Part shown: positions 39,376 through 49,286 of the stretch, piece after piece
Position numbering within the stretch: position 1 is the first letter of the stretch
Layout of the letters: every line of letters starts with the position of its first letter
Assembly (NCBI GenBank): GCA_965116905.1
Contig: OZ220732.1
Coordinates: 1,440,001-1,504,000 of the forward strand
Direction: 5' to 3'
Source of the DNA: Longimicrobiales bacterium
GTDB taxonomy: Bacteria > Gemmatimonadota > Gemmatimonadetes > Longimicrobiales > Gaopeijiaceae
DNA length: 64,000 nucleotides
The notes under the pieces: generated by a model
Databases searched by the model: none
Told to the model about the DNA's origin: nothing
What the model saw: the letters and a program-made list of their open reading frames with translations, nothing else
Position numbers and translations under genes: made by a program

Positions 39376-40236
39376 ATGAATTCGCAGAACACTTTCAGCA
39401 TAGGGCCGGCGCGTGGCGGGGTCCTCGGGCTCCTCGCCGCGTCGGCCTGCCTGCTTGCGTGCTCCGGCACCACGACCAGTCCCGAGGCGGACGCGCGCCA
39501 GGTCGTCGTGGAGGCTTTCCTCTTCGCGGGCGAGCCGGTCGACGATGTCCGGCTCACCGAGACCGTGCCGCTGGGCGAGGATCCGGCCCTGGCGCCAACG
39601 GTCGATGACGCGGTCGTGACCCTGACGCGCGGCGGCGAGCGGTGGGTCCTGTCCCGCCTGGCGGAGCCCGGCGCCTACGGCTATCCGGGCGACGACCTGG
39701 AGGTGCGCGAAGATGACCTCTTTCGGATCGAGATCGAGGCGTTCGGCCGCACTGCCACGGGCGAAACCGTTGTTCCGGGACCGCCTGCCGGCGTAGAACT
39801 CGACACGGACATGCTGGAGGTGCCCGAGATCACGCCGGGGATCATCCAGACCGGGATCCTGCAGGCGCTCCAGGTGACCGTGACATGGGAAAACCCGGAC
39901 GGAGGCCTCCACTTCGTTGACGTGGAGGGACTGGACCCGGAAGCCGAGTCGATCCTTCCGGGCTTCAACCGTCCGGGCGGCCAGAGGTTCCGTATCCGAA
40001 GCGAGCCGACCGACGAGAACTTTCACACGATCAGGCTCCCGCAACTCGAACACCTGGGGCTCCATCGCACGATCGTCTACCGCGTCAACGGGGAATACGT
40101 CGACCTCTACCACAACCGGGTGCAGGACTCGCGCGACCTGAACGAACCGCCGAGCAACATCTCGGGCGGTCTTGGCGTTTTCAGCGCCTTCAACTCGGCG
40201 GAGCGCGAGTTCGTGCTGGTGCGGTCGTCGGGCTGA
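39376..40236 (+). CDS. DUF4249-like lipoprotein
   Basis: Lipobox LLAC; C-terminal PSNISGGLGVFSA; follows a TonB receptor. Confidence 0.8.
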   Translation: MNSQNTFSIGPARGGVLGLLAASACLLACSGTTTSPEADARQVVVEAFLFAGEPVDDVRLTETVPLGEDPALAPTVDDAVVTLTRGGERWVLSRLAEPGAYGYPGDDLEVREDDLFRIEIEAFGRTATGETVVPGPPAGVELDTDMLEVPEITPGIIQTGILQALQVTVTWENPDGGLHFVDVEGLDPEAESILPGFNRPGGQRFRIRSEPTDENFHTIRLPQLEHLGLHRTIVYRVNGEYVDLYHNRVQDSRDLNEPPSNISGGLGVFSAFNSAEREFVLVRSSG

Positions 40237-40324
40237 GGGGTGGCCGCCATCGTGTCGGGAGGGCAGGTTGCCATGCGCAGCCGTATTGTGACACCGTGGT
40301 CGATCCGTTGCGCTGAGGAGGGTC

Positions 40325-40906
40325 ATGCCCATGACGACGCAGTCGGAAGCTCTTGCACTCATCGAAAAGGCCTGGCGAACGCGGTGGGAGGCGATGCAGT
40401 CGCCACCAGCCGACGCGGCCGCGGCCGAGGTCATCGCGGCACGGGTCGAAGCCGACCTGATCCGGGCTTGCGGGATCTGCCAGGAGATCGGCGCGGGCAA
40501 GGAGCTTTCGATTGCGTTGGGCAAGCTAGCGCACGTCGCGCTGGACCGCGGCCGGCCGGACAGGGCCCGGGAGCTGCTCGAGGAAGCGGTTGCCGCGGCC
40601 CGGGAGACCGGCGATTCGCTGCGGGTGGCGCACGCCGTGAGGCACCTGGGGCAGGTGCATCACCGACAGCGGCGGTGGGAACGGGCGGAAAAGTGCTACC
40701 GGGAAGCGCTCGACCTGTATGAGAGGACGGCCGGCGCTTCGCTGCTCGACCACGCGAACGCGCTTCGCCCCATGGCCATACTCCTCGAGGATCGCGGGGA
40801 CAAGGATGGGGCCGTGGGCGTGTGGCGGGAGGCGGCCCGGCTCTATCGGTCGGCCGGGGTCACGGCGGGCGTGGAGGAGTGCGAGGCGCGGATGGGGGGG
40901 CGGTAG
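40325..40906 (+). CDS. Tetratricopeptide repeat protein
   Basis: AHAVRHLGQVH...AEKCYREALDLY TPR helices. Confidence 0.75.
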   Translation: MPMTTQSEALALIEKAWRTRWEAMQSPPADAAAAEVIAARVEADLIRACGICQEIGAGKELSIALGKLAHVALDRGRPDRARELLEEAVAAARETGDSLRVAHAVRHLGQVHHRQRRWERAEKCYREALDLYERTAGASLLDHANALRPMAILLEDRGDKDGAVGVWREAARLYRSAGVTAGVEECEARMGGR

Positions 40907-41145
40907 GCTGCGCATCCGCAACTGTCAATCTGCCTGCAATTGACAGTTGGGCCGGCGTGCCGAGTTGATGATGCCAGTTATATCCCTATGGCGCAGTGAC
41001 TTAGGACGTAACTGTCAATCTATAGAGATTGCTAATAGGTACCTTCTGGACTGTTCGCCGTGTGGGCAGGTACCAGTGCCACGGCGGCGACGACGGAGAT
41101 GGGGCGTTTCTGCTTCATGCTGGCTCTCCTGTGTTGTGACGCTAT

Positions 41146-41185
41146 GTGACTTGATTGGTCACTTTATCGAGACTAGATTGGTCCC
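41146..41185. promoter_or_regulatory. Two tandem palindromic operator sites upstream of the TA operon
   Basis: GTGACTTGATTGGTCAC (41146-41162) and GAGACTAGATTGGTCCC (41169-41185), 14/17 identical. Confidence 0.6.
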
Positions 41186-41186
41186 T

Positions 41187-41468
41187 ATGACTACCGTGTC
41201 GATCTCTGCCCTCAAGGCCAACCTCTCGCGATACCTTCGCCATGTCCGGCGGGGCGGTGAAGTTCAGATCCTCGACCGCGGCCTGCCGGTTGCCCGGTTG
41301 ATGGCTCCCAGGCCGGGGGGCGACGACGCGGTCCGCGACCGGCTGGTAGGCGATGGCGTGCTCCGGCCCCGCGCGGGCCCGGCCATGTCGATCCTCGACA
41401 GCCCTCCCCTCGAGCTGCCGACAAGCATTTCGCAGGCCCTCGCGGAGGACCGGACTGACCGGCTGTGA
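41187..41468 (+). CDS. Type II antitoxin, Phd/YefM (prevent-host-death) family
   Basis: MTTVSISALKANLSRYLRHVRRGGEVQILDRGLPVARL. Confidence 0.9.
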   Translation: MTTVSISALKANLSRYLRHVRRGGEVQILDRGLPVARLMAPRPGGDDAVRDRLVGDGVLRPRAGPAMSILDSPPLELPTSISQALAEDRTDRL

Positions 41469-41917
41469 GGTATTGGGATGCGTCGGCGCTTGTCCCGCTG
41501 ATCGTCTCCGAGCCCCGGAGCCGGCTGGCTCGAACGTGGCTCCTGGAAGACGACCACATCGTCACCTGGGCCTGGACCAGGACGGAGATCACGAGCGCGA
41601 TCGAGAGGCGTGCGCGCGAAGGGGCGCTCACCCGGGCGCAGCGGCGGGCGGTCCTCGCCCGCCTTCGCACGTTCGCCGCCGGCTGGGACGAAGTGATCGA
41701 CGTGCTTTCCGTGCGCACCCGGGCGAACGCGGTGCTGGCGCGGCACCCGCTCCGGGCCGCCGATGCCGGCCAGCTTGGCGCGGCCCTGCTGGTGAGCGAG
41801 CAGCTCGCGGAGCCGCTGGTGTTCCTCTGCCTTGATCAGCGCCTCAGCGAGGCGGCCGAGCGCGAAGGCCTCGCTGTGGTCGACACTGCGATTGAGGGCG
41901 GGCGTCCTGGGGACTGA
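41465..41917 (+). CDS. vapC: Type II toxin, VapC/PIN domain
   Basis: YWDASALV...E...LRAADA.QL...DQRL..AA..EG; GTGA overlap with the antitoxin. Confidence 0.9.
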   Translation: MRYWDASALVPLIVSEPRSRLARTWLLEDDHIVTWAWTRTEITSAIERRAREGALTRAQRRAVLARLRTFAAGWDEVIDVLSVRTRANAVLARHPLRAADAGQLGAALLVSEQLAEPLVFLCLDQRLSEAAEREGLAVVDTAIEGGRPGD

Positions 41918-41923
41918 CCGCTG

Positions 41924-44900
41924 CTACCCCACCCGCCGCCCTGGCGTCCACGGCGCGCCCGCGGCCTCCATATCCGCCTCCAGTTCCGCCAGCGTCTCCT
42001 CCAGCAGCGTCCTCAGCGCGATCGACACCCGCGTGAAGCCGCCCCGCGCGATCTCGAGGCTTTCGCGCTGCGTTTGGGTGGGCGGTTGGCGCGTACCCCA
42101 GTGCCCCCCGGCGACCTGGCCGATGCGGCCCAGGATCGAGGGCGCGCTCGGCTCGTTGAGCGCGCCGCGGGCGGGGTCGCCCTGCAGCCGCGCCGCGATG
42201 CCGGCGAGCCGGTTCTCGATGGCATCCAGGCGCGTGTAGAGGTCGTCGCCGGCGGCGGGGGTCTCGTCCAGGGCGGCGCGCATGTGGCGGAGACGGTCGC
42301 GCGCGCGGCCGATCTCGGCGGCGGCGCCCCGTGCGCGGCGCTGCAGATCGGCGGTCTCCTCGGCGAAGGCCATCGCGGCCGTGAAGTCCGTCGCCGCGTC
42401 GATGTTGGGGACGGGCTTCACGGTGAACGGCTGCGGGTCGCCGACCCGCTCGACGCCGGTCTCGGTGATCAGTGCCATCTCGACCGTGTAGTCGCCCGGC
42501 GGTGCGAGCGGGCCGCGCGGGGTGCCCGCCCACGGCGGCGTGAAGCCCGGCGTCGCGAGGTTTACGGGGTCGGGGGCGGGGCGGCGCAGGTCCCAGGTGA
42601 TGCGGTGGAGGCCCTCGGTGGCGGGGCCCATGACGCGCCGTACGGGGGCCCCGTCCGCGTCCCGTACGACCATTGCCACGCGCGGGCCGCCCTCCAGGGC
42701 TTCGGCCCGCAATGCGTCGTAGCCGGGGAACGCGATGTCCTCGCCGCGTTCGGCCGCTGCCCGCTCGGCTTCGCGCCGCTCGGTGCGCGCGGTCCCGGGC
42801 GGGTCCGCCAGCCAGTAGGTGAAGGTGGCGCCGAAATCCGGGTTGGGCGTCACAAACGAGGTCGTGCCCAGGGTCGGCTGGCCCGGGGCCTGCAGCGGGG
42901 CGTTGGGGACGTACCACCAGGCGTCCCGCACGGGGAACAGAACGGCTCCCGCCGCAAGCGCACCGTCGGCCATATCCCTCAGGGGCGCGTAGTCGTCCAG
43001 GACGTAGAAGCCGCGGCCGAAGGTTGCTCCCACCAGATCATTGTCGCGGCGCTGGATCTCCAGGTCGCGGAACGAGATCGTGGGCGCGCCCGCGCCCAGC
43101 AGGATCCAGTTGGTGCCGCCGTTGGGCGTAAAGTAGATGCCGTTCTCGGCGCCAAGGAATAGCAGATCGGGACGCACGTGGTCCTGCTCGACCGACCAGA
43201 TGATGACGCCGTCGGGCAGGTCGCCGGCGATCGAGCGCCAGCTGCGGCCGGCGTCGTTGGTCTCGAAGAGATAGGGGGTGTAGTCGCCCTCCTTGTGGTT
43301 GTCCGGCGCAACGAAAAATGATGCGCGGTCGTGTTGGGACGCTTTGACGTCGTTCATGAACGCGCGCTCCGAGAGGCCCGGCACGGGGGCGGCCTGGCGC
43401 CAGTTCGCCCCTCCGTCCTCGGTCACCTGGACCAGCCCGTCGTCGGTGCCGGCGATGATGACGTCCTCGTCCAGTGGCGACTCGGAGATGGCCGAAATCG
43501 TTGAGTACCAAGACATTGCGGTGTTGCCCCAGAGCGCGTTCACGCTGCGGACGCGCCCGGCCACCGGCAGTTCGTAGCGGTTGTCGTCGCGGGTCAGGTC
43601 GCCGCTCACGGCCATCCAGGAGTTGCCGCGGTCGTCGCTCCGCCACACCCGCTGGGACGCGTAGTAGATCCGGCCCTCCGCGTGGGGGCTCGCAACAACG
43701 GGGCTGTCCCAGTTCCAGCGTTCGGGCGGGTCGCCGGGGGCCGGCAGCGGGCGGATGTTGATGAGTTCGTGGTTGTGCAGGTTGACCCGCTGGAGGTTGC
43801 CCTGCTGCGACTGGATATAAGCAATGGCTGGATCGGCCGGGTCGAAGGCCAGCGCGTACCCGTCGGCGCCCAGGGGGGCGTACCAGTCACGGTTGCGCAC
43901 GCCCTCCATGTTCATCGTGCGCGAGGGACCGTGCAGGGTGCCCAGGTCCTGCGCCCCGCCGAGGATGTTGTAGAAGGGCTCGGCGTTGTCGAGCGCGAGC
44001 TTGTAGAACTGCGAGATCGGCATGTTGGGGAAGTGCCGCCAGGTCGTGCCCTCGTCGAAGGTCTCATAGAGGCCCGCGTCGGTGCCGGCGAGCATGTGGC
44101 GGCCGTTTGCCGGATCGATCCACAGCGCGTGGTTGTCGCTGTGCTTCTCGCGGCCGGTCCCCAGCTCGGCGAAGGTGGCGCCGCCGTCGCGGGTGACGTG
44201 GATGAAGACGTCCATCTGGTAGACGAGGTCGGGGTCGTGCGGCGACGCCCCGATCTCCTGGTAGTAGTGCGGCCCGGTGCCGCCCGAGATGTAGGAATTG
44301 CGGCGCTCCCAGCTCTCGCCCCGGTCCGTGGAGCGGTAGAAGCCGCGGTCGCCGGGTCCGCCTTCGATGGTGGCGTAGACGATATTGCGGTCGGCGCCGG
44401 AAACGTCGATGCCGATCTTGCCCATGTCGCCATTGGGGAGTCCCGCGGTGACATTGCGCCACGTGCGGCCGCCGTCGGTGGACTTGTGGATGCCCGAGCC
44501 GGGGCCTCCCGCCAGCAGCGACCACACGGTGCGGCGGCGCTCGTAGGTGGCCGCGTACATGATGTCCGGGTCGACGGGATCGAACTCGACGTCGGTCACG
44601 CCCGTGTTCTCGTCGATCGTGAGCACGGCTTGCCAGCTCTCGCCGCCGTCCTCGGTCCGGTAGAGACCGCGCTCGCCGCCGGCCGACCAGAGCGGACCCT
44701 CGGCAGCCACGAATACGACATTCCCGTCGCGCGGGTCGACCAGGACCTTGCCGATGTGCTCGGACGCGGCCAGCCCGGCGTGCTCCCAGGTGCGTCCGCC
44801 GTCGCGGCTCCTGTAGACGCCGTCGCCCCACGCCACGTGCCGCCCGCTGACGTTCTCGCCGGTGCCGGCCCAGACAATGTCCGGATCGGACGGATCGATC

Positions 44901-45262
44901 GCGACCGCACCGATCGAATACGACGGCTGATCGTCGAAGACCGGCGTCCACGTGATGCCTGAGTTCGTGGTCTTCCAGACGCCGCCAGAGCCGACCGCGA
45001 TGTACCAGGTGGTGGGGTCGCCGGGGTGGACAGCGATGTCCGCGATGCGCCCGCCCATCAGCGCCGGACCGATGCTCCGAAGCGCGAGCCCCCGGGTGGC
45101 CTGGGTGACGAGGGCGATATCGGGCTGGGCGGCCTGCGTGGCCTGGGGCGCGGCGCCTTGCGGGGTGGCGGCGAGCGCCGCGAGCGCGGCGGCGGGGATG
45201 AGGGCGGCGAGGGTCGCGCGGGCGAGGTGGTCGAGCATGGGTCGCGTCGTGGTGCGGGACAT
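41924..45262 (-). CDS. VPS10/BNR-repeat secreted glycosyl hydrolase-like protein
   Basis: RSIGPALMGGRIADI, repeated SxDGGxTW Asp-box motifs, HSDNHALWIDP, GGAQDLG. Confidence 0.88.
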   Translation of the reverse strand: MSRTTTRPMLDHLARATLAALIPAAALAALAATPQGAAPQATQAAQPDIALVTQATRGLALRSIGPALMGGRIADIAVHPGDPTTWYIAVGSGGVWKTTNSGITWTPVFDDQPSYSIGAVAIDPSDPDIVWAGTGENVSGRHVAWGDGVYRSRDGGRTWEHAGLAASEHIGKVLVDPRDGNVVFVAAEGPLWSAGGERGLYRTEDGGESWQAVLTIDENTGVTDVEFDPVDPDIMYAATYERRRTVWSLLAGGPGSGIHKSTDGGRTWRNVTAGLPNGDMGKIGIDVSGADRNIVYATIEGGPGDRGFYRSTDRGESWERRNSYISGGTGPHYYQEIGASPHDPDLVYQMDVFIHVTRDGGATFAELGTGREKHSDNHALWIDPANGRHMLAGTDAGLYETFDEGTTWRHFPNMPISQFYKLALDNAEPFYNILGGAQDLGTLHGPSRTMNMEGVRNRDWYAPLGADGYALAFDPADPAIAYIQSQQGNLQRVNLHNHELINIRPLPAPGDPPERWNWDSPVVASPHAEGRIYYASQRVWRSDDRGNSWMAVSGDLTRDDNRYELPVAGRVRSVNALWGNTAMSWYSTISAISESPLDEDVIIAGTDDGLVQVTEDGGANWRQAAPVPGLSERAFMNDVKASQHDRASFFVAPDNHKEGDYTPYLFETNDAGRSWRSIAGDLPDGVIIWSVEQDHVRPDLLFLGAENGIYFTPNGGTNWILLGAGAPTISFRDLEIQRRDNDLVGATFGRGFYVLDDYAPLRDMADGALAAGAVLFPVRDAWWYVPNAPLQAPGQPTLGTTSFVTPNPDFGATFTYWLADPPGTARTERREAERAAAERGEDIAFPGYDALRAEALEGGPRVAMVVRDADGAPVRRVMGPATEGLHRITWDLRRPAPDPVNLATPGFTPPWAGTPRGPLAPPGDYTVEMALITETGVERVGDPQPFTVKPVPNIDAATDFTAAMAFAEETADLQRRARGAAAEIGRARDRLRHMRAALDETPAAGDDLYTRLDAIENRLAGIAARLQGDPARGALNEPSAPSILGRIGQVAGGHWGTRQPPTQTQRESLEIARGGFTRVSIALRTLLEETLAELEADMEAAGAPWTPGRRVG

Positions 45263-45480
45263 GGGTGCGGCCTGGTTTGCAGGGTGGGATGCGGCGGTGG
45301 GGCGGAGCGCCCTGGTGGGATGGAAATGGACCGCGCGGGGATGGTAGCCGCAAGGAGGTGACGGCTCGCCGCGCACCGGCGGTGACCGGCCTCATTGACC
45401 CGGAGGGGAGGCGACCGGCATCATAGGCGCGCTTCGTCGAGCCAGGACCCACATCAGTGCCTGCGGAGGATCCTCTGAGA

Positions 45481-45881
45481 GTGGCAGCCAAGCGGATCAT
45501 CATCATCGCCGGCCCGAACGGCGCCGGAAAGACGACTTTTTGTCCGAGATCAACCGCCACGCTCGCGCGGGGCGCAGCTTTGCGTTCGAAACGACGCTTT
45601 CGGGCCGCAGATACGTAAAGAGGATCAGGAGCTGGCGAGCCGAGGGGTATCGCGTGACCCTTCTTTTCCTGTCTCTTCCTACGCCGGAGGACGCGATCGC
45701 ACGCGTACGAGAGCGGGTTGAGAAGGGTGGACACGATGTGCCCGAGGTAGTAATTCGACGGCGGTTTGCCTCGGGATGGAGTAACTTCAGTCGGATCTAC
45801 CGCAAAGAGGTTGACCAGTGGTCCTGGTACGACAACAGCGGTCGGGAGCCTGTCCTTATTGAAAGCGGGAGCGAGGTGTAG
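45481..45881 (+). pseudogene. Zeta-toxin-like/AAA_33 P-loop ATPase, internally deleted and frameshifted
   Basis: IIIIAGPNGAGKTTF in one frame (45481-45540) joins out of frame to LSEI...SFAFETTLSG...RV..GGHDVP...RRF...DNS. Confidence 0.8.
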
Positions 45882-45884
45882 CAG

Positions 45885-46088
45885 ATGGTGACAGATGCCA
45901 GGGATCGGCCCGGCGGTCAGCTTGATTCCGCTGGAGTAATGGCCGCCCTTCGCCGCGCCGCCAGACGTGCTCACGAGTCCGCCCGGGCGCACGGCACCAA
46001 GGTGGTCGTGCATGTGGACGGCAAGACGGTGGAGATCGAGCCCGACCCTGAGATGTTCGACGACGCGGCTTCGTTGGAGAACTCTTAG
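45885..46088 (+). CDS. Small hypothetical protein, partner of the zeta-like ATPase
   Basis: AALRRAARRAHESARAHGTKVVVHVDGK pattern, 3 bp after the ATPase stop. Confidence 0.6.
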   Translation: MVTDARDRPGGQLDSAGVMAALRRAARRAHESARAHGTKVVVHVDGKTVEIEPDPEMFDDAASLENS

Positions 46089-46163
46089 GAAGAGACTACG
46101 TGCTCCCGTGCCTCGGGCCCGGGCGGATTGCCGCGCGGTCCGGCGTCATTCTAGGTTGCGGCC

Positions 46164-47378
46164 ATGACCGACGCCAGCAACGAGCCCACCGCCGAAGCCA
46201 CGTCCGGCGCCAGCGCCGCCAGTGCCCTGTGCGAGAACTGCGGACGCCCGCGCGCGGAGCGCTTCTGCTCGCAGTGCGGCCAGAACGATCGCACCTACTC
46301 GCGGTCCCTCTTCCCCGTGCTGGGCGAGCTGGTGCGCGAGTCCTTCGAGTTCGACGGTCGGCTCGCGCAGACGCTCAAGCTCCTGCTCTTCAAGCCCGGC
46401 AGCCTGTCGACCGAGTTCTCCCGCAACCGGCGCGCACGCTACATGACGCCGGTGCGGCTCTACCTCTTCACCAGCGTGATCTTCTTCCTCACGATGTCGC
46501 TGGTAACGCCGAGGCTTCCCAACCCGCTCGAAGGGGAGCCGGATCAGGATCCATCTTCAGCCTTCGCGGAGATACCGGGGGAGGTGATGGACTCCCTGCA
46601 GGCCGCGATGGATTCCCTGCAGGCCGTGATTCCCGGAATAGAGCTGCAGATCGACGGCGAGGACATTCCGGTGTCGGCGGAGATCAGCGAATCCGGGATA
46701 GCGGCGCTCAAGGCGAACCTGGAGCCTTCCCAGCACGCCAAGCTGGACGATCTGCTCAAACGCGAGTCGGCGAGGGTCACGCAGGCCTTCCTCGCTATCG
46801 CGGCCGCGGCCTTCGATACCGAAGTCCAGGAGCCGTCGGTGGGCGGACGGCAAGCGGATCCAGGGCCGGAGGAGTACGCTGCGCCGGACGCCGGCGACCC
46901 GCCCGCTCGCGATGCAGTCGTGCTGCCGACATCCCGCGGCTTCCTGGCGAGGATGGTCCTGAGCAGCTTCGTCGACCTGTTCCACGACCCCGACGCGTTC
47001 ACCGAGCGCATCATCGGCAACCTGTCGATTGCCATGTTCTTCCTGCTGCCCTTCTACGCGTTGGTGCTCGCCGTACTCTACTGGCGCCAGAAGCGGTACT
47101 ACATCGAGCACCTCGTCTTCGGCATGCATGTCCATTCGTTCCTGTTCATGATCGTCACCCTGATGCTGATCGTGTCGATCACACCCATGGGCGCGGCCGG
47201 GCAGGGGTGGACCCAGGGAATCCTCGGGCTGGCGGTTGTGGCCTATCCGGTCATCGCCCTGCGCCGCTTCTACGGGAACGGCTGGTTCTTCACGCTCATC
47301 AAGGCGTTCGTGCTGGCTAGCCTGTACTCCATGATCGTAAGTCCCGTGACTGCGGTCGTCCTGTTCCTGACCGCCTGA
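46164..47378 (+). CDS. DUF3667 domain membrane protein
   Basis: CENCG...FCSQCGQ, TLKLLLFKPG...RYMTPVRLY, YIEHLVFGMHVHSF. Confidence 0.9.
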   Translation: MTDASNEPTAEATSGASAASALCENCGRPRAERFCSQCGQNDRTYSRSLFPVLGELVRESFEFDGRLAQTLKLLLFKPGSLSTEFSRNRRARYMTPVRLYLFTSVIFFLTMSLVTPRLPNPLEGEPDQDPSSAFAEIPGEVMDSLQAAMDSLQAVIPGIELQIDGEDIPVSAEISESGIAALKANLEPSQHAKLDDLLKRESARVTQAFLAIAAAAFDTEVQEPSVGGRQADPGPEEYAAPDAGDPPARDAVVLPTSRGFLARMVLSSFVDLFHDPDAFTERIIGNLSIAMFFLLPFYALVLAVLYWRQKRYYIEHLVFGMHVHSFLFMIVTLMLIVSITPMGAAGQGWTQGILGLAVVAYPVIALRRFYGNGWFFTLIKAFVLASLYSMIVSPVTAVVLFLTA

Positions 47379-47381
47379 CCC

Positions 47382-49256
47382 ATGCTTCGCCGCCCGGCTC
47401 TCGTCGTCCTTTTCGCGATGGCCTCTGCGTGCGGGCCCCCGAGGTCCGCCAGCGACACCGACTTCGAGGTCGCCGAGGCCACGATTCCCGAGTTGCAGGG
47501 TGCGATGGCTGCGGGCCAGGTCACCTCGGTGCAGTTGGTCGATTCCTACCTGGCCCGCATCGCGGCCTACGACCGCGCAGGTCCTGCCCTCAACACGATC
47601 GTCCGCCTCAATCCGCTGGCGCGAGAGCAGGCGGTGGCCCTGGACGCGGAGCGGGCTGCGGGTACGGTGCGCGGGCCCATGCACGGCATCCCTGTCCTCA
47701 TGAAGGACAACTACGACATGGACTGGATGCCGACGACGGGGTCGAGCCTGGCGTTGGCCGGCCTTCGACCGGCCGACAACGCGTTTCAGGTGAAACGTCT
47801 TCTCGAGGCGGGCGCCGTGATCCTGGGCAAGACGAACCTGCACGAACTCGCGGCGGGGATCACCACGATCAGCTCACTGGGCGGACAGACGCGCAACCCC
47901 TACGATCCCGCGCGGAACCCTGGCGGCAGTTCCGGGGGGACCGGCGCGGCGGTCGCCGCCAGCTTCGCGGCCGTAGCCTGGGGCAGCGACACCTGCGGTT
48001 CGATCCGGATCCCCGCTTCCGTGCACAACCTGTTCGGGCTGCGGCCGACCAAGGGCTTGTCGAGCATCGACGGGATTCTGCCGCTCTCGCATTCGCAGGA
48101 CACGGGTGGGCCGCTGGCGCGCACGGTGACCGATCTGGCCATTGCGCTGGACGCCACGGTGGGACCGGATCCGGCCGATCCGGCCACCGCGATTCTGGAG
48201 GGCCGCGAAACGCCGAACTTCCAGGCGGCGCTCGACCCGGCCGCCCTCGACGGTGCCCGCATCGGCGTGCTGGAGGCGTGGGTGCCGGAGGAGGGAAGCG
48301 CGGGAACGGTGACGCGGGTGATTCGCGACGCGCTCGCGGAAATGGAGGCCCTCGGCGCAACGGTCGTGGACGTCGAGATCCCCGACATGGACGACCTGCT
48401 CTCCAACACGGGCCTCATCGACTTCGAGTTCAAGTTCGACCTGATGGACTACCTGGCCGGCGTCCCCGACGCGCCCATCTCGTCGCTGGAAGAGATCCTG
48501 GAGGCCGGCCTCCATCACGAGGCGCTGGACGGCAACTTCCGCCGCCGCAACGAACGCACCACACGCGAGTCCCCCGAACTCTACGAAACCCTGGAACGGC
48601 GGCGCGCGCTTACTGCGGCGGTCGTCGACCTCCTCACCCGGCACGATCTCGACGCGCTCGCCTACCCGACCATGCGGCAGGAGACCGCGCTGATCGGCGC
48701 GGCACCCGCTGGCGCGACCTGCTTCCTGAGCGCACACACGGGCCTGCCCGCGCTCACCATCCCGGCCGGCTTCACCGAGCGCGGCCTCCCGGTGGGCCTG
48801 GAACTGCTGGGCCGCTCGCTCGACGACGCCCGCCTGGTCGCGTTCGCGTTCGCCTACGAGGCCGCGCATCCCAGGCGGCGCGCTCCACTGCGCACACCCC
48901 CGCTCGCCAACGGCGCGGCCCCGTTCCCGGTGCAGCTCGCGACCGATCCCCCCGGCGGCAACGGTGTCGATGCCATCATGGCCGTCGATCTGCCCACAGG
49001 CACGCTGTCCTACCGCATCACCATCTCCGCCGTCGATCCCGCCGATGTCTACGGCACGGTGCTTCGCCGCACCTCCGGCGAGGACGGCCCCGTCGTGGTC
49101 CTGCGCCTCGGCGGTCCCGAAGAACCGGAGCCCTCCGGGATGGTGGAACTGTCCACCCGACTCCTGCACGACATCATGAACGGCGAGCTCGAGCTGCTCG
49201 TCCACACAAGCCGCGGTTTCGACCACCGCGGCCTCGCCCGCCGGGCCGGACGCTGA
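47382..49256 (+). CDS. Amidase signature family lipoprotein with C-terminal CHRD-like extension
   Basis: HGIPVLMKDN, GKTNL, PGGSSGG, GSDTCGSIRIP; lipobox ASAC. Confidence 0.9.
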   Translation: MLRRPALVVLFAMASACGPPRSASDTDFEVAEATIPELQGAMAAGQVTSVQLVDSYLARIAAYDRAGPALNTIVRLNPLAREQAVALDAERAAGTVRGPMHGIPVLMKDNYDMDWMPTTGSSLALAGLRPADNAFQVKRLLEAGAVILGKTNLHELAAGITTISSLGGQTRNPYDPARNPGGSSGGTGAAVAASFAAVAWGSDTCGSIRIPASVHNLFGLRPTKGLSSIDGILPLSHSQDTGGPLARTVTDLAIALDATVGPDPADPATAILEGRETPNFQAALDPAALDGARIGVLEAWVPEEGSAGTVTRVIRDALAEMEALGATVVDVEIPDMDDLLSNTGLIDFEFKFDLMDYLAGVPDAPISSLEEILEAGLHHEALDGNFRRRNERTTRESPELYETLERRRALTAAVVDLLTRHDLDALAYPTMRQETALIGAAPAGATCFLSAHTGLPALTIPAGFTERGLPVGLELLGRSLDDARLVAFAFAYEAAHPRRRAPLRTPPLANGAAPFPVQLATDPPGGNGVDAIMAVDLPTGTLSYRITISAVDPADVYGTVLRRTSGEDGPVVVLRLGGPEEPEPSGMVELSTRLLHDIMNGELELLVHTSRGFDHRGLARRAGR

Positions 49257-49286
49257 GCGCTGCGCCTGATTGCTACGCCCTGACTG

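Noticed and set aside
45531..45545. Programmed -1 frameshift at the T5 run of the zeta-like ATPase
   Set aside because: Even if reframed, a conserved internal segment appears to be missing; a deletion explains it better.
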